Below are positions 47,425 to 59,658 of a DNA stretch of 64,000 nt, piece after piece. The stretch's first letter is position 1. Each line of letters opens with the position of its first letter. Below the pieces are notes generated by a model that was not told where the DNA came from, made no database searches, and saw nothing but the letters and a program-made list of their open reading frames with translations. Source of the stretch: Candidatus Latescibacterota bacterium (GTDB lineage: Bacteria; Latescibacterota; UBA2968; GCA-2709665); contig CAXXXF010000013.1 in NCBI GenBank assembly GCA_963667175.2, positions 1 to 64,000 on the forward strand, in the 5' to 3' direction. The position numbers and the translations under genes are program-made.

Positions 47425-48240
47425 ACATGGATTGACCTGCCTGCCTGTCCAGCCGGCGCAGCCAGGCGGGCTGAAGCAGGCGAGGCAGGCAGGACGGACA
47501 GGACGAAAACCAAAAGCGCGGCAAAAACACGAAAGAACGAAATTCAGAAACTACGAAACACGCGAAAAAAACGAAATATCCGTGACTGAACCCCATAAAC
47601 CCTTCATGAAAACATCAAAAGGATCTTACTTGGATCGACAGGATGGGCAGGATAAAGGCGCAGTCGCCGAGAAGACGCACAGTTTTGCAGGCGATCGCGG
47701 TGAACCCGCTTCCCGCAGGCTGTGGGACAAGATGCTTGAAGGCATATCGGTCGCCATGTTCCGATCAAGATAAGGGAAGTATTGCGGTTTGCCAAACCCA
47801 AGTCCACGGTCCTGATTTGGCATCGCGAAGCGGTCGGCCCGGCGGCCTCGTCAGGATGGGAATCTGGCTGGAGAATCCAATGGTAGAGGCAGGTTTCAAA
47901 CCTGCCCGCCGCTGCCTCAATCCGCATTCCGACAGCAGAACGCTGATGCGGGCAGACAAGAATGTCTGCCCGCCTGCCGCCTGCCTGCGCCGCTTCGCTT
48001 CCCGCGGCAGGCAGGCCCCACCTTCAACAGTTGCTTCCTCAGGATGACAATGTTGGAGAGCGGCCGGCCTGTCATTCTGAGCGCAACGAAGAATCTCCCG
48101 TCTTCTGGGTCGTCCTGAACACAGCAACGCGGAAAACACATTGGCGCGGAGACCTGATTGGCATCGCGATGCGGTCAGACAATCGGATGACGGTAGGAAT
48201 CCAGCCACTGGTTTTCACTGACCACTGGCCACTGCTGTTC
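47425..48240. repeat. Mosaic of several REP-like palindromic and short repeat families
   Basis: CCTGCCTGCC..GGCAGGCAGG (47436-47493); GACAGGATGGGCAGGAT (about 47637-47653); ACGAAA-rich tract; GTAGAGGCAGGTTTCAAACCTGCCC (47883-47907); GCGGGCAGACAAGAATGTCTGCCCGC (47948-47973); TGTCATTCTGAGCGCAACGAAGAATCT (48070-48096). Confidence 0.7.
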
Positions 48241-49531
48241 GCTTCAATGAGGCCGCGATCAGATGATCGCGGAAATGCATGCCGATATCATCAATGCGCG
48301 CCGGCGCGCGACCGCTTCAATGAGGCCGCGATCAGATGATCGCGGAAATGCTGCTTGGACTTCCGCACTGCGAGCGAAGACCGTGTCGCTTCAATGAGGC
48401 CGCGATCAGATGATCGCGGAAATTCCGCAGTTGCGGCAACTGTGGTCCGCGGACGCAACCCGCTTCAATGAGGCCGCGATCAGATGATCGCGGAAATATA
48501 GACCGGTATTTAAATAAGGACAAGACATTTAATCGCTTCAATGAGGCCGCGATCAGATGATCGCGGAAATCTGTTACACGCCAGAGCCCCATGTCGGCTC
48601 GCAAATTTTCGCTTCAATGAGGCCGCGATCAGATGATCGCGGAAATCGTACGCTTCGTTACGAGATTCATTCCTCCCCCTCATCGCTTCAATGAGGCCGC
48701 GATCAGATGATCGCGGAAATCCGCAGAGGCCGAGAAGGCAAAGGCTGCTGCAATACGCGCTTCAATGAGGCCGCGATCAGATGATCGCGGAAATCCTTCA
48801 GCTTCTGTGATGCCCTGGCAAGACCCGACTTGCTTCAATGAGGCCGCGATCAGATGATCGCGGAAATGCGGAACACCGCGGACACGCTCCGCCTGAAGGA
48901 GGATAAGCTTCAATGAGGCCGCGATCAGATGATCGCGGAAATGCGGAACACCGCGGACACGCTCCGCCTGAAGGAGGATAAGCTTCAATGAGGCCGCGAT
49001 CAGATGATCGCGGAAATAAAGCATTCCTCACAGCCTTTGTCCGCTTCCCACCATGCTTCAATGAGGCCGCGATCAGATGATCGCGGAAATGTGGTTAGAA
49101 ATCTGGTTCCTGAGATCGCTGAAATGGAGCTTCAATGAGGCCGCGATCAGATGATCGCGGAAATTGCACGGCGGATGCGGAAAAGCTGGCCGTCCAACTG
49201 CTTCAATGAGGCCGCGATCAGATGATCGCGGAAATGTCCGGATATGCGGGGAACGTGACGGGGGATACGTCGTAGCTTCAATGAGGCCGCGATCAGATGA
49301 TCGCGGAAATATGCTCGCAGTGCAAAGATACCGGCTGGTATTGGGTGCTTCAATGAGGCCGCGATCAGATGATCGCGGAAATTGGCGGATTCCATTGTGA
49401 AGCCCAAGGACAATGACGGCGCTTCAATGAGGCCGCGATCAGATGATCGCGGAAATTTTATCGCTGGACAGTCCGATTCCCAACGCTTCAGCCAAGCTTC
49501 AATGAGGCCGCGATCAGATGATCGCGGAAAT
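48241..49531 (-). CRISPR. CRISPR array, 18 identical 36-bp repeats and 17 spacers (35-40 bp), type I-G (I-U)
   Basis: Plus-strand repeat GCTTCAATGAGGCCGCGATCAGATGATCGCGGAAAT (transcribed ATTTCCGCGATCATCTGATCGCGGCCTCATTGAAGC, hairpin CCGCGATCA/TGATCGCGG). Starts at 48241, 48314, 48388 ... 49421, 49496. Orientation from the ATTGAAGC 3' end and the leader next to cas1. Confidence 0.98.
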
Positions 49532-49713
49532 AGCGTCTACCCTACACAGCTTATTTTCAACAACTTGCCATCGCAATTGCGAGCAGCCGCCTCCATGATG
49601 CGGGTACGCGAATCTTTCATAGACACCTCCCTTATCTAAGTGATTGTAAATATTTCGTTTGTGCAATGCGAGCATCCCCCGGGAAATTTTCATCGCCTCG
49701 CCGTTCGTATTGC
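49532..49713 (-). promoter_or_regulatory. CRISPR leader
   Basis: AT-richer non-coding segment between the cas1 stop and the first repeat; IHF-like TTTCAACAACTTG (49555-49567); direct repeat TGCGAGCA (49578, 49667). Confidence 0.8.
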
Positions 49714-51520
49714 TCAGCGCGTCACGAAAACCGGATAACTGCCCAACTCCCCCTGGAGCGTCTTTGCGAGTAGGCGGGCCTGGATTTCGAGGAGTCGTCG
49801 ATAACTGACCCGGTAGTCGAAGAGCGGATGCGTGACCAGTGTATTCATACGGGCCTCATACGCACGGAAGAATCCTTTTCGACCCGCGGGCGTCAGCGAA
49901 ACCGCGTCCCCCGACAATACGAAGTCGCCTTCCGAGACCATCTTCGTATTCACCGCGCTCAGCACGGCCGAGTCCACGATCAGGGGTCGCAACGGTTCCA
50001 TCAGGTCCAGCGCAAGCGCCGGGCGTCCCTGGCGCGGCTGATGATAGAAGCCTACCATCGGGTCGAAGCCGACCGCGTAACAGGCAACGGTCAGATCCTT
50101 TGTCAGGAGGCTGTAACCGAGCGACAAAAGGGCATTGACCGGGTCTCGCGGGGGCCGGCGGTTTCTGGCGCGAAAATCGAAGGTGAACCCGGTCTCGCCG
50201 CCCTGTTCTTCCTCGCGTTTCAACATCCCTCCGAACAATCCGAAATAGATGCGCGCCGCCCAGCCTTCTACTCCCAACAGTTCCTCAAGCGATCCGGCTG
50301 TCTCCGCCTGATCGACAATCCACGACAACTCACGCAACGCCGCCCGGGACGGTTCGACGTGATTGCGGCGCAGCATTGTCCGTTGATTGCGAATCTTGCC
50401 TGCCACGAGTTCGCGGGCAAGACGCAGGCAGTACCCGGGTTGGTCTGAAAGACGGAACTGCGCCTGTCGCAGAAAGACGTTCTTCGTGTTCAGTCCCGAA
50501 GTGACCCCGTAGAACCACCCTCCCTGAGAGAAGTAGCAGATAGGAATCTCCGCGGTACACAGCGCCTGCACGGCCTGCGTCGTCATCTGGACGCTGCCCA
50601 TCAGGCTGACCTGACAGATTTCGTTGATGCGCACGTCCTGAACGACCTTATCGCGCTCTTTGACCCGGAGTACCCCGTTGCTCTTGCCCACGCGAAGTCT
50701 CTGAGAATTCAGATACAGCGGCTTCCTGTCCGTCCGGGGCGCGACCATGCGCCGCACTTCCTCCGGGACGGCATTGGGACTCTTCCCCGCGCCGGGAAAC
50801 AGTTCAAGTTGCCGCGCAACGTCGGTCTCGCCATTGGCCTTGAGTTGCCAGGTCTCATCGGGCATGCAGATGCCGACGAGGGAGCAGCCGGGACATTTCG
50901 GCGAGTCGATGAGCGGAAGCGGCCTCTCGCCGGCCTCGGCCGTGGCCCATGCGTCCGCGATGGCTCGCTCGGCTTCCTCAATCGTCTCTTCGTCGAACGG
51001 AACGCGCACACGCTGGCGCGTCTTGTGGTAGAAGATGACCCCTTCGTCGCAACGATACCCATTCGCGCGCAACACGAGCGCCTGAACGGCGAGTTGAACG
51101 CGGTCGCCCGGCCATGCTTCGACACCGTCCTCGCCGTCCATCGGCCGGCCGCGTTTGTAATCGACGGGCGTTGCCCTTCCCTCCGAGAACTCTGCCAGAT
51201 CGAGCTTGGCGATCACTCGATGGTCATCCGACGACAACGTTATCGAGCGGGCGACAACGGGTTTTTCGCGCGCTTCGTCCGGCGGCGGCGCCGGTTGTGT
51301 TTTCCTGTCGACGCGTTTGTGCTGCGTTTCGCCCTCGGCGGTGTACTCGTTGTGGACGAAGACGCCCTCCACGTGCTCGAAGTAGAACAGCCGCGGGCAA
51401 TACACGTACTGGTTGATCATGCGCGCCGGGAGATAGTCCGGCAACGGACGACCTGTCCGCGAAGGATTCTCGTCGGGCAGGCGGGACGGGGAGTGTCCCT
51501 GAGCGGGGGGAGCGCTCATC
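49714..51520 (-). CDS. cas4-cas1: Cas4-Cas1 fusion (type I-G)
   Basis: Cas4: YVYCPR, KLD, PVDYKRG, QL, CPGCSL..C Fe-S cysteines. Cas1: GKIRNQR, LLGVEG.AA..YF, RRPPRDPVNALLS.GY, GFYH, LALDLMEP.R. Confidence 0.95.
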
Positions 51521-51536
51521 ATGACGCTAACCTCCG

Positions 51537-54508
<2,972 letters not shown>

Positions 54509-54624
54509 GGGAGCACCTTGGGGCGCGTCGGGTCCATCGCCGTTTCAATTATCCTATTGAGGCTTCACTGTGCTCTGCCGCAACCAAATATGTGGTAGTG
54601 ACCGCGCGCACATCAAACGGTGTA

Positions 54625-54715
54625 ATCACTCCCCCCTTGAGGGGGAGTCGCAGAAGCCGAGCCGTTGCCCTGAGGTTGTCGAAGGGCCGGCGAAGGCTGA
54701 TGCGGAGGGGGGATT
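54625..54715. repeat. CTCCCCCCTTGAGGGGGAG-type palindromic intergenic repeat
   Basis: Hairpin ACTCCCCCCTTGAGGGGGAGT; internal CCTGAGGTTGTCGAAGG unit; closing GGAGGGGGGAT. Confidence 0.6.
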
Positions 54716-55005
54716 TCAACGCCGTACCGTATCCAGGTAACATGAACAATTATACGTGCATTTTGCGCCGCAGTCTTACTGTAAGATTCTATATCGTATT
54801 AATATAGGTGCCGTTTACAGCTTTCAAAGCAATGGATTCAATGAACCCAGAGCATCGAATCGGTCTTCCGTGGCGTGGTCAAAGCCCTTTGGGTTCCACG
54901 GCCGTCGTATCGAAGCATGAAAGCTCCTATAACGCGCCACTGAACTCCTATACGAGCCCTGGCTGTATAGTGTCGTGTTCTATTTCACTCAAATACGTTC
55001 CCCTT

Positions 55006-55167
55006 TCAGCAAGCAAGATGGCCAAGAAACTCCATAAATCCCTCGATGGCTTTCTGTTGTCTGTAATCCTCGATCAGACGCCAAATCCAATACACGATCA
55101 GCCCGGCGGTTCCCACCCCTAACGAGACCGCAAACGATCGACACAGCCAGACCTTGAATTCCGCCAT
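55006..55167 (-). CDS. Small putative single-pass membrane protein (53 aa), below the ORF-track cutoff
   Basis: Manual translation MAEFKVWLCRSFAVSLGVGTAGLIVYWIWRLIEDYRQQKAIEGFMEFLGHLAC*; GGGGG purine run upstream; AT-rich promoter-like DNA 5' of it. Confidence 0.45.
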   Translation of the reverse strand: MAEFKVWLCRSFAVSLGVGTAGLIVYWIWRLIEDYRQQKAIEGFMEFLGHLAC

Positions 55168-55469
55168 CTGTCGCCCCCATTTTCATAAGTATATATATTT
55201 ATTATTGTCATAAGTATACAGATAAATCGCACCTCAAGACACACTGAATCAAGTACATCCTGCATGAGGAATTGGGGGCCCTTCGGCGCCGACCCCCTCC
55301 GGCAAAGCCATGCTTCGTTCATGTTTAACTTAAGTTAAACATAACGCATCCCCAACATGCGTTAAACGTCGGCATCAGGCATTACGGCTTTCCACCGCTC
55401 TCCGCGGCGCGACGATTCTGAACGACGTCCTCAGGTTCAGCGGCGGAGTTATTACCAGGAACAGTAAAT

Positions 55470-55497
55470 AGTGGTCAGTGGTCAGTGGTCAGTGGTC
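55470..55497 (+). repeat. Heptamer tandem repeat (AGTGGTC)x4
   Basis: Direct reading; related inverted copy at 48205-48240. Confidence 0.8.
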
Positions 55498-55751
55498 AGA
55501 AAGAGCAGTTGTCCGCTTCCGTTTATTTTCATGAACTGCAAATAGCCGACATCCAGGCCCACCAAAGAAGAGTGGGAGGATGTAAACAATACGGTGCTCC
55601 CCGTAATAACGTCCACCGGCCCGCCGCGATAGCGCTGTCGAATGTAGGCTTGCTCTTCCTCAAACGTCATGCCGCTGATCTGCTCGCTAAGTTTGTCCCG
55701 GATCAAGCACATCATCCGGACGGCATCGAACGGCTTGTTACTGATTGCCAA
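55482..55751 (-). pseudogene. Small helical protein or remnant resembling short genes found beside PIN toxins
   Basis: N-terminal KPFDAVRMMCLIRDKLSEQISGMTFEEEQAYIR looks like a conserved small protein; the C-terminal half looks like read-through. Confidence 0.4.
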
Positions 55752-55760
55752 TGCTCGGTC

Positions 55761-56699
55761 TCACACTGGGACAGCAACGGTAAAGTTACTGTAGTACTGG
55801 TTTTGTTGGATGCGCTGACTTCGATAGACCTCTTCAATCCCTCGCCTGAAAAGGGATGAGCGGGGTATGGGATCTTTAAAGAGATCGTCGAGGGTCAGCA
55901 GAGATTTCACCGTTCCCAAACTCACCAGAGGTGTCCAGATCGGCCAGACGAAATAAGTCTGTCTCCTACCAACCCGGCGAAATCCCGTGGTTCGTGCTTG
56001 ACTTCCAATCAATACCGTAGGAAACCACCGTAATGCCTCAACCGCCAGACTGTTTGCCGCTAACATGGTGCCTTGTCTTGACTTGCTCGGACTTGGATCG
56101 TGCCAACGCAAGGCATACCGCTGATCTTCAATAGGGTCCCAACGAAGACTGCTATACCCTTTGTCCTGGTAATCCCAAGAATGAAAGAGAGTGCGTTGAA
56201 TGTGATCTATACCAACCTTTTTTCGCATTTCCCTGGCATAGAACGGTAATCCTTGTCCCGCACTGTCTCCGCTACGTACCATCCTGAACTTCGAATCCTG
56301 GAACTGTCCACTCTTATCATCGGGATACAGTTCGGTTCCGAAACCAGAGAAAAAATCGGCATCCCGCCGATCGGCAATGGATGAACTGCGCTGAACATCT
56401 CGCAGTTTTTGCGAAAATTTCTCGGCGTCAAAGGGCATCCTGTTGTCGATATCAAAAGCGGCCATTGAGGATTTCTGCAGCGTCTCCAAGAGTTTTTGCG
56501 AGAATTTCTGCTCATCGTCGTCACAACCCACCAGGGATGGCCTCCAACCGCCTTCTGCTTGTTGCCAGCCAAGGCATATTTCCGGGAATACATCTTGCAA
56601 GACAACCGCAGTGCCAACGGCCGCGAGGAATCCGAGCGGGTTGCTGCCGTCGAGTCCGTTCAGCAGAAGACCTGAAGCTGCTGATTCATTTGCCGTCAT
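55761..56699 (-). CDS. csb3: Type I-G large subunit Cas8g2 (Csb3)
   Basis: LNGLDGSNPLGFLAAVG, LRWDPIEDQRYALRW.DP, ANSLAVEAL, FVWPIW, RGIEEVYRSQR; overlaps the cas3 stop; GGAGGAG RBS. Confidence 0.8.
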   Translation of the reverse strand: MTANESAASGLLLNGLDGSNPLGFLAAVGTAVVLQDVFPEICLGWQQAEGGWRPSLVGCDDDEQKFSQKLLETLQKSSMAAFDIDNRMPFDAEKFSQKLRDVQRSSSIADRRDADFFSGFGTELYPDDKSGQFQDSKFRMVRSGDSAGQGLPFYAREMRKKVGIDHIQRTLFHSWDYQDKGYSSLRWDPIEDQRYALRWHDPSPSKSRQGTMLAANSLAVEALRWFPTVLIGSQARTTGFRRVGRRQTYFVWPIWTPLVSLGTVKSLLTLDDLFKDPIPRSSLFRRGIEEVYRSQRIQQNQYYSNFTVAVPV

Positions 56700-59658
56700 G
56701 TGTCTCCTCCAGATCGCTCTGCCGCCAGTCGGCGAGTCGCAGCAGGGCTTCCAGCCAGGCCAGGCCCCACCAGCCATAACGCCGCACCAGCCTCCAGTAG
56801 CGATCCGCGACGCCAGAATCGAGGCGCTCAAGGTTAGTAGGACCGGACCAGTGCATCCGATGGCCACTCAACTCGAAATCTACATCCACGCCCTGCTCAT
56901 CAAAGACCACCGGCGCGAACGGTCGACAGTGACCGTGATGGCTGGCTATCAGATGTAGAACCAGGTCGCGCAGACCGTCATCTTCCGGCAAAAGCGCCGT
57001 CGCACGTTCGGCCAAGCGCACCGAAAGCAATTCGTGCCGCCCTCCTTTCGGATACCCAGAGTCCTTACGGGCGCGCTCGCGAACAGCAAACGATCTCGGC
57101 AACCGAGCAGACTTGGCGAATAGCTCTCCGCCCAGCCAAGAAGCTCCGCCCTGCAACCAGGACTGGAATCTATGATCGGCCTTGCCCACGTCGTGCAACA
57201 GGCCCGCCCTGGCGATGGTCTCAACCAGGTCCTTCGGCAAGCCGCAACCCTTGGCATGACAGCGGGCGAACGCTTCGACACCGGGAAGGTGGAGTTGAAG
57301 CTTGACGGGATGCCCGTTGCGGTTCGAAATGCCGGACGCGGCGGCATCGTCCTCGTCGCTGAAGCTGTCGGCTTCGTGGGCGAGTTCAGGAATGCGGCGG
57401 CGTCCGACGAGGACGATACTTTCGCCGACAACTTGGTAGGCGTGGTCCAGTCTGGAGCCGGGGTACTCCCGGGAGAGTTCGTTAGCAGCCTTCCACAGCC
57501 AAGATTGTTCGGCTGGGTTGGAAAGTTCCGCCAGAAGGTCGTGCAGGGCATCGGTAATCACATCCGGGTCGTCGTCGAGCTTCCATTCCATATCGTTCAG
57601 CAACTCACGAGCGGTTTCCTTGGCCGTATCGGTATCCGGCCAAGCGTCCACCAACTTCAGGTGTATGCGAAGTATGGGCTTGGCCCTCGCAAGACGGTAG
57701 GCGCGGTCACCTACGTCCAGGTCCGCGTCCGGCGGCAGGTCTCCGAGTTGACGCGGATCCCCCGGATGGTTGGCTGGGATCACAATAACATCGCCGGGAC
57801 GAATCTTCTTGGGTTCCGCCGTGATGTCCTCCCCAGCTTCCGTCTCGGCCCCCCGCCACCGCACGACCAATCGTTCCACTGTGGACGAACCATTCCCGCT
57901 GACGTCGGCCTGAGTGCCTATTCCTTCCACATCAGCGCTGTCGTCTAGAGCGTCCTCTCCGGCTAACCAACGCTTGAACATACCGACCGGCACCGGGAGT
58001 GTCTCACTGCTGCTCGGCGGGCACAAGGCCAGAAGTCCCAGCGCCGTTTTCTTTTCTTGAACTAAGTCCATATCGGTGCGCCAGCAGACCTGAACATCCG
58101 CCGCGCCTTCACGGGGACCGTGCAGAAACGGAGCCAAATCGGGCGAAGGATTTGGCTCCGGCGCTGTCTGCGCCAAGCAATCGACGTGGGCGGGAAGCAT
58201 CACCGGGGCATCGGCGGAAGGTGCGTTGAGCGAAGAGTCGCCGTCCGGCAGATAGGCGATTCCAAAATCGACCTCGCCATTTTCGTTTTTGTGCTCGTTG
58301 AGCCAATTCCAAGTCTTGGTAAGGGCTTCGCCATACACGGGATCATCACCTTTGTCGCCTTTTTGGTCGCCGCGTATTAGAACCGCCGCTCGCGCATCAA
58401 TTTTCCGTCCCATGCGATTCAACCGGCCAAAGCGCTGGCGCAGGGCGTCGAGGCTCGCGCACTCCGTGACAAGACCATCGAAGTCAAGGTCGGCCCCTAC
58501 TTCCAAAGTTTGAGTGGCAACTACCACTACAGGCTTTTCCAGGACACGTTTTGGGGAGTTGCTGGAATGGAGATGCTGCAAATGCTGCTCAACTACGGTG
58601 TCCTTATCGACAGGGCGCATCCGGCCAGTGAGCAACACCGCTCGGTTTCCGTACTCAGCGGCCAACAGCCGATATGTCTCCCGCGCTGTGGCAACACGAT
58701 TGACGAACACCACGATAGCTCGGCGTTCTTCGTTGACCAGCCCCGATGCGGTTTCGGCCAAAGCACCAGCCAGTACGCTTGTGGCCTGCTTTCCCCTGGC
58801 TCTTTTGATCGTCTTCAAGGTTGCGGGCTTGCGCGCCAACTGGCGGCATCCTAGCGTATGGGCAGGATCGCGGCCTTCGTCGGATTGATCCTCAAATACA
58901 TCATCTATGCCCGGCGGCGGCGTGGCTGACATTACCACGGGATAAAATGGACGACCGAGCGGAGCGTGCGCCCATGTCTGGAAACGTCGGACCGCTTGCA
59001 GGGTCTGTAGAAACGGCTGTGCACAGTGCGCCTCATCAAGCAGAATCAGGCTGTCGTTAGCGACGAGTCCCGCGTAGACCGGCCAGGCGCCGTGGCGGCG
59101 CCCATAAGCACGGAACAACAAGCGGGAGCCGATCTGATCGACGGTCGAGGCTACCACCAACGGTTGCAGAGGATTGCGCGCCCACCCTTCGGACCGGTAC
59201 ATCCCGCCGCGCAATACATGGGCAGTGAGCGGCCAGACATCATGGGAACCGTTCATCTCAGCACCAGCGACCTGCCGGAGATTTCCGGCGACAGTATTCA
59301 GAATGCCCTTCTCAGCCTTCTTCAGTTTCTCGGCCAAACGGCGGGCGCGTTTATGCGCCTCATCAACGATCACGCGCCGGTCTACCACGAAGAAAATGCG
59401 GCGAGGTGCGGTGATGGTCTGTTTCCGGGACAGGCGGGACGCCTGGGCCGCTAAGGCGAACACTGCAATATCCAGGCACGCGGTCTTACCGGAAGCCGTT
59501 GGCAGGGCTATGGCCTCCGGCCATGGAGCTTCTTCCCGTTCCAGGACTCGATCCGCCAACGCCTGCTGCCAGGCGAAGGGCGGATGGCCCCACAACGCGG
59601 CGAAGAATTCGGCGAAGTGGGTGCTATTCAGGTTGGTTTGTCCCATATGTATGCCCAT
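56686..59658 (-). CDS. cas3: Type I-G Cas3: helicase with C-terminal HD nuclease
   Basis: PFAWQ, LPTASGKT, VVDRRVIVD, STVDQIGSRLLF, LDEAH, MSAT, TQTLEVGADLD, QRFGRLNR. C-terminal LLHDVGK, RHE, SHHG, YGWWGLAWLEALLRLAD. Alternative start 59646. Confidence 0.95.
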   Translation of the reverse strand: MGIHMGQTNLNSTHFAEFFAALWGHPPFAWQQALADRVLEREEAPWPEAIALPTASGKTACLDIAVFALAAQASRLSRKQTITAPRRIFFVVDRRVIVDEAHKRARRLAEKLKKAEKGILNTVAGNLRQVAGAEMNGSHDVWPLTAHVLRGGMYRSEGWARNPLQPLVVASTVDQIGSRLLFRAYGRRHGAWPVYAGLVANDSLILLDEAHCAQPFLQTLQAVRRFQTWAHAPLGRPFYPVVMSATPPPGIDDVFEDQSDEGRDPAHTLGCRQLARKPATLKTIKRARGKQATSVLAGALAETASGLVNEERRAIVVFVNRVATARETYRLLAAEYGNRAVLLTGRMRPVDKDTVVEQHLQHLHSSNSPKRVLEKPVVVVATQTLEVGADLDFDGLVTECASLDALRQRFGRLNRMGRKIDARAAVLIRGDQKGDKGDDPVYGEALTKTWNWLNEHKNENGEVDFGIAYLPDGDSSLNAPSADAPVMLPAHVDCLAQTAPEPNPSPDLAPFLHGPREGAADVQVCWRTDMDLVQEKKTALGLLALCPPSSSETLPVPVGMFKRWLAGEDALDDSADVEGIGTQADVSGNGSSTVERLVVRWRGAETEAGEDITAEPKKIRPGDVIVIPANHPGDPRQLGDLPPDADLDVGDRAYRLARAKPILRIHLKLVDAWPDTDTAKETARELLNDMEWKLDDDPDVITDALHDLLAELSNPAEQSWLWKAANELSREYPGSRLDHAYQVVGESIVLVGRRRIPELAHEADSFSDEDDAAASGISNRNGHPVKLQLHLPGVEAFARCHAKGCGLPKDLVETIARAGLLHDVGKADHRFQSWLQGGASWLGGELFAKSARLPRSFAVRERARKDSGYPKGGRHELLSVRLAERATALLPEDDGLRDLVLHLIASHHGHCRPFAPVVFDEQGVDVDFELSGHRMHWSGPTNLERLDSGVADRYWRLVRRYGWWGLAWLEALLRLADWRQSDLEETHDGK

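Noticed and set aside
48332-49639. ORFs with repeated FRDHLIAASLK / ASMRPRSDDRGN peptides
   Set aside because: Translations of the CRISPR repeat.
54835-54871. GATTCAATGAACCC as a degenerate CRISPR repeat (creA-like mini-array)
   Set aside because: Only the TTCAATGA core matches; no hairpin and no second repeat at spacer distance.
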